Shown one piece after another: positions 60,798-64,000 of a stretch of 64,000 nucleotides of DNA. How positions within the stretch are numbered: the first letter of the stretch is position 1; the number at the start of each line of letters is the position of its first letter. The stretch is taken from positions 2,733,303-2,797,302 of the forward strand of contig CAJINV010000008.1 in NCBI GenBank assembly GCA_905178155.1, in the 5' to 3' direction. The position numbers and the translations under genes are program-made. The notes under the pieces were generated by a model that was not told the DNA's origin, made no database searches, and worked only from the letters and a program-made list of their open reading frames with translations. This DNA comes from Amoebophrya sp. A120. Lineage: Eukaryota; Protista; Dinoflagellata.

Positions 60798-61699
60798 CGA
60801 CGTCGAGTACTACGAAAAACGAGGTGAAGAAAACTGCAAGAGGACCAAAAGGGTGCGCCTGTTTTTTTACCTCATCTTATTTCAGTTGGTCGCTGCAGCC
60901 GCAATAGCTTGGGGGGGCTTCTACGGTAAAGAATTTCTACTTGGGTGCTTACATCTGGGGGTACTTAACAATCAAAAACAAATTTCCTGGGGATGAATCC
61001 TGCGCGACAAGATTGATAACTTTTTAGTCACTTGATTCACCGAGCAAACAAAAGAGGTCAAGCACGAATTTTCCGAGCGCCAACGCAAGTCGAAGCGCAC
61101 GACCACGTTGCAATACAACTTGCAACAACTGCACGATGTTTGAAAGCACGAATGGAACGAACTACCATGGTACCTTGCTACAGCACGGTCGACCGATCCT
61201 CAGGGTACGAAAAATAATCAAAATCGACCGAAGGAGTCACGCCCGGAGGACGAAGCGCAGGCCATGAAAATGAAGGGTCTACAGAATGGCTTCCAACATA
61301 CGAAGCGAAAAGCCACAAAAACAGAAACCGAAGACGGCACGAAAAACGAAAGAAAAATCATGCATCCGTGCTTGTTCTTTTGCAGTACAAATTCTAAATT
61401 CATTTTTCGGCGATCCTAGCACGAAAGCGCACATGCGATGAGATGAATCATCTTCCTCTGTACGAAACAATCGCCTTGTACGTTTTCTTGCGCATGTAGT
61501 GCGTCAAGTACACATACGTGTTGCCATTGTAATTTCTATGACCACGTCTGCAGAGATTGCGTAGCGGTAGTGCAGCAGACACGCCAGGTTAACAAGGACT
61601 ACGTGGCAAAAATTCACTCAGTGAACCATCAATCATCATCATTCAAGTACTAGCGCGGCCCTAAATTTCACTTATTATAAGGGGGGCACTTACTTTCTA

Positions 61700-63091
61700 C
61701 TACAGCAGACGATTTTCTTTTGTCGCGCTGCTTATCCCTCCCATTGTCGCCTCGGTACCCGCAGGAGCCACTCTTGATGCTGTAACTCCGTTCAAGACAG
61801 AGGAGCTGCTAGTTACTGCCCCCTCTGCAGCGGCTTTCTTCGCCAGAGCGAGCGTGGCGCGCAACTTTTCCTGTTGTACCAATGTCTTCACACCGTCCTT
61901 GAGAACTGTACGCAAGTCCCGCGCGTCCGTGGTGTCGCGCACTTGCAAGAGCGAACCGTTTTCGAAACTCTGCTCGTCAGAAATATCATGGTGTGGCCCA
62001 CCGCCCTGATTGGTTTTCTCGTCCCCCAAGAGGTTTATTCCCCCGCCCGCGGCGGCTGTGCCACTAGCTGCCCACAGTCGGTCATCCGCCTGCAGCTTTG
62101 GCTGCATCAGGCTGCGGGCGGCGTCCTCTATGGTCAGCTGGGGCCGCTCCTGGACCGCGTGCTGCTGCTGCTGCTTCCAGTTCTCGACCCGACGCGCGAG
62201 TGACACCAAACTCTCGTGCGGCTCGCTTGCGCCCGTTGCTCCAGTGTTGTCCTTTTTCCGCTGCCCGAAGACCGCGATCGGCGTGGCCGATTCCGCCTTC
62301 TTCTGCTGCGCGCGCTCCTTCTGCTTTTCCTTCTTCCGTTTTTTCGCTTCCTCTTCCGTGATCAGGCTGTCGGGATCGCCGCCGTCGGCGCGTACCCGCT
62401 TCACGGGCTGTTTTCGCAGCTCGTTCACTTCGGTCTGCCACTTTTGCGCCTGCTCCTCCCGCATCCGCGCGGCCCAGGAGGTGGACGAGGAGCTGGACGA
62501 GGAGGCCTGCTTCGCATCGACCGACGGCGCCTCTTTAATATTATTTTCAGCTGCACTTCCTCCCTGCGGAAGAGAGGACTTATTCTCAGTTACACTCTGT
62601 TTGCCGACCGTAGCGCGAGTCGCATTTTTCTGCTCGCTTGACGCCGCGCTAAAGACAGGCAGTTGTCCATGTTGTTCCATAATCTCAGCGCCCGGAGCTG
62701 CTGTACCCGTGTGGCTAAGATTGTCGCCTGCAGCCCCGGCTTGATAAGATTGTGCTCTCATCTCGTCTGACCGAAGAGGGAGTGGCGTGGTGTTTGCACT
62801 CGTCGTATCCTTACCATGTTTTCCCGCCGAAGCGGGTCCACCGACTGCGCTTGCGCTAGTAGTCGTGGTTGTACTACGACCCCCTCCTGGCTGCACGGCC
62901 TGTTTCCACTTTTCTTTTTCCTTATCAGACATCTTTTGCCACTCGGAGGAAATCATTTTCTCGGCTTCGGCCTCCGTTCGCTGCTGCTCGTGGATCAGCT
63001 CGTGCTTTCGCGCGGCCCGAAAATTCAGCCGCGCTTTGAAGAGATTTACGCCCATTTTGACGGGGAAAATAAAAAGGTCGACTTTTACCAC
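61700..63091 (-). CDS. HMG-box-like protein, last exon or whole gene; upstream exons may lie at 63650-64000
   Basis: GVNLFKA..EAEKMISSEWQKMSDKEKEKWKQ resembles HMG-box helices; remainder is low complexity and charged. Confidence 0.5.
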   Translation of the reverse strand: MVKVDLFIFPVKMGVNLFKARLNFRAARKHELIHEQQRTEAEAEKMISSEWQKMSDKEKEKWKQAVQPGGGRSTTTTTSASAVGGPASAGKHGKDTTSANTTPLPLRSDEMRAQSYQAGAAGDNLSHTGTAAPGAEIMEQHGQLPVFSAASSEQKNATRATVGKQSVTENKSSLPQGGSAAENNIKEAPSVDAKQASSSSSSSTSWAARMREEQAQKWQTEVNELRKQPVKRVRADGGDPDSLITEEEAKKRKKEKQKERAQQKKAESATPIAVFGQRKKDNTGATGASEPHESLVSLARRVENWKQQQQHAVQERPQLTIEDAARSLMQPKLQADDRLWAASGTAAAGGGINLLGDEKTNQGGGPHHDISDEQSFENGSLLQVRDTTDARDLRTVLKDGVKTLVQQEKLRATLALAKKAAAEGAVTSSSSVLNGVTASRVAPAGTEATMGGISSATKENRLL

Positions 63092-64000
63092 GCACTGGTG
63101 TAAGAGTAAGAAAGAAGTGACAAAATAAACTTAAACCACCTACTTACTACTTATCTTAGTATATGATATTGATGACGTCGCAGCACATGTTGTGTTGGAG
63201 TGCCATTGCCTACTACTTTTGCAAGAAACGAGTTAGGAGGGCGCGCCCCGACGCTATCAGAAGAGCGAGGAGCATTTCGAAAAACCGAAATCAACAGTCG
63301 GGTATCGTTTCTACTTACTCAATCGAGTGGAGGTTTGTCCTTCATCAAACTACTTCTTATTCCAAAAAGAGCGGACGTACTCTTTTTGACACGTGGCCAG
63401 CCTAGCCTTCTTTGACCGTGAACCAAAAGAAAAGTGTTAGATGCTGGTGCATCTTTTGTACTCACAACCAAGAGAACAGTATCGACTCTCAGTGAATACC
63501 TTCACCTCGTGCGCAGGTAGCAAACAAATACAGCGAAGTGCTGAATCGTTTTTTTGGAGGTTCTTGCCTAGAAGTCGTTGCTATAGCAACCACAATGACA
63601 ACGATGTCGCTGTATCCGGCTGTAATATCTTCGCCTGCGCTATGCAAATCTTTTTAGACTTGCTGTGTCAATTCCATCGGCTGCGGTGGATGACTTCGTG
63701 TAACGTCATTTCCTGATGTTTCCAGCGCGGCATTATTTGCATCACGCATCATCCACCCCCCTGCGTGCCTTTCCACGCCGCTCCGGGCGGCTTCATGCAT
63801 TCCCACAGAAGTAGCGGGAACATGATCATCTTCCACGGGCTCGTTATCACGACACTCTTCTCCTAGATCGGGAAAGACATCGTCTGCGGGCGGGCAAATC
63901 AGTTGCACGTTCACCAGCGCGTTCACCTTCAAGAACGACGGACCGCGCGGCGCGAATAGCGTGTTCGTGTTCGCAGATGAACTTTGCAGGTTTTGTAGGT

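Overview
Eukaryotic, gene-dense nuclear DNA. About 15 protein-coding genes, all on the minus strand: repeat-bearing divergent kinase, DNAAF1/ODA7-like LRR protein, calmodulin, NEK kinase with EF-hands, TAF1B/Rrn7-like factor, HAD hydrolase, atypical histone H2A, RBR-type and ankyrin-RING E3-like proteins, SCYL2-like pseudokinase, three paralogous PAN/Apple-like membrane proteins, a tandem YdcZ/DUF606 transporter and an HMG-box protein. The main signal is 16-17 MITE-like elements of 170-415 bp inserted in coding sequence. Each has 5'-TAT...ATA-3' ends (TAC variant in two), terminal inverted repeats (TIRs) and 5-bp target-site duplications (TSDs), ranging from perfect to fully decayed. Removing an element plus exactly 5 nt restores the reading frame without needing GT-AG, so they behave as non-canonical introns (introners) alongside ordinary GT-AG introns. 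Together with the one-strand gene order, this points by inference to the syndinian dinoflagellate parasite Amoebophrya, where such elements have been reported in general terms. Details visible here: a fixed splice register, a GCAT(G/C)ACA motif shared across element families, and empty sites in paralogs. All gene models were read by eye with no transcript data. No transposase, rRNA, tRNA or CRISPR was seen.
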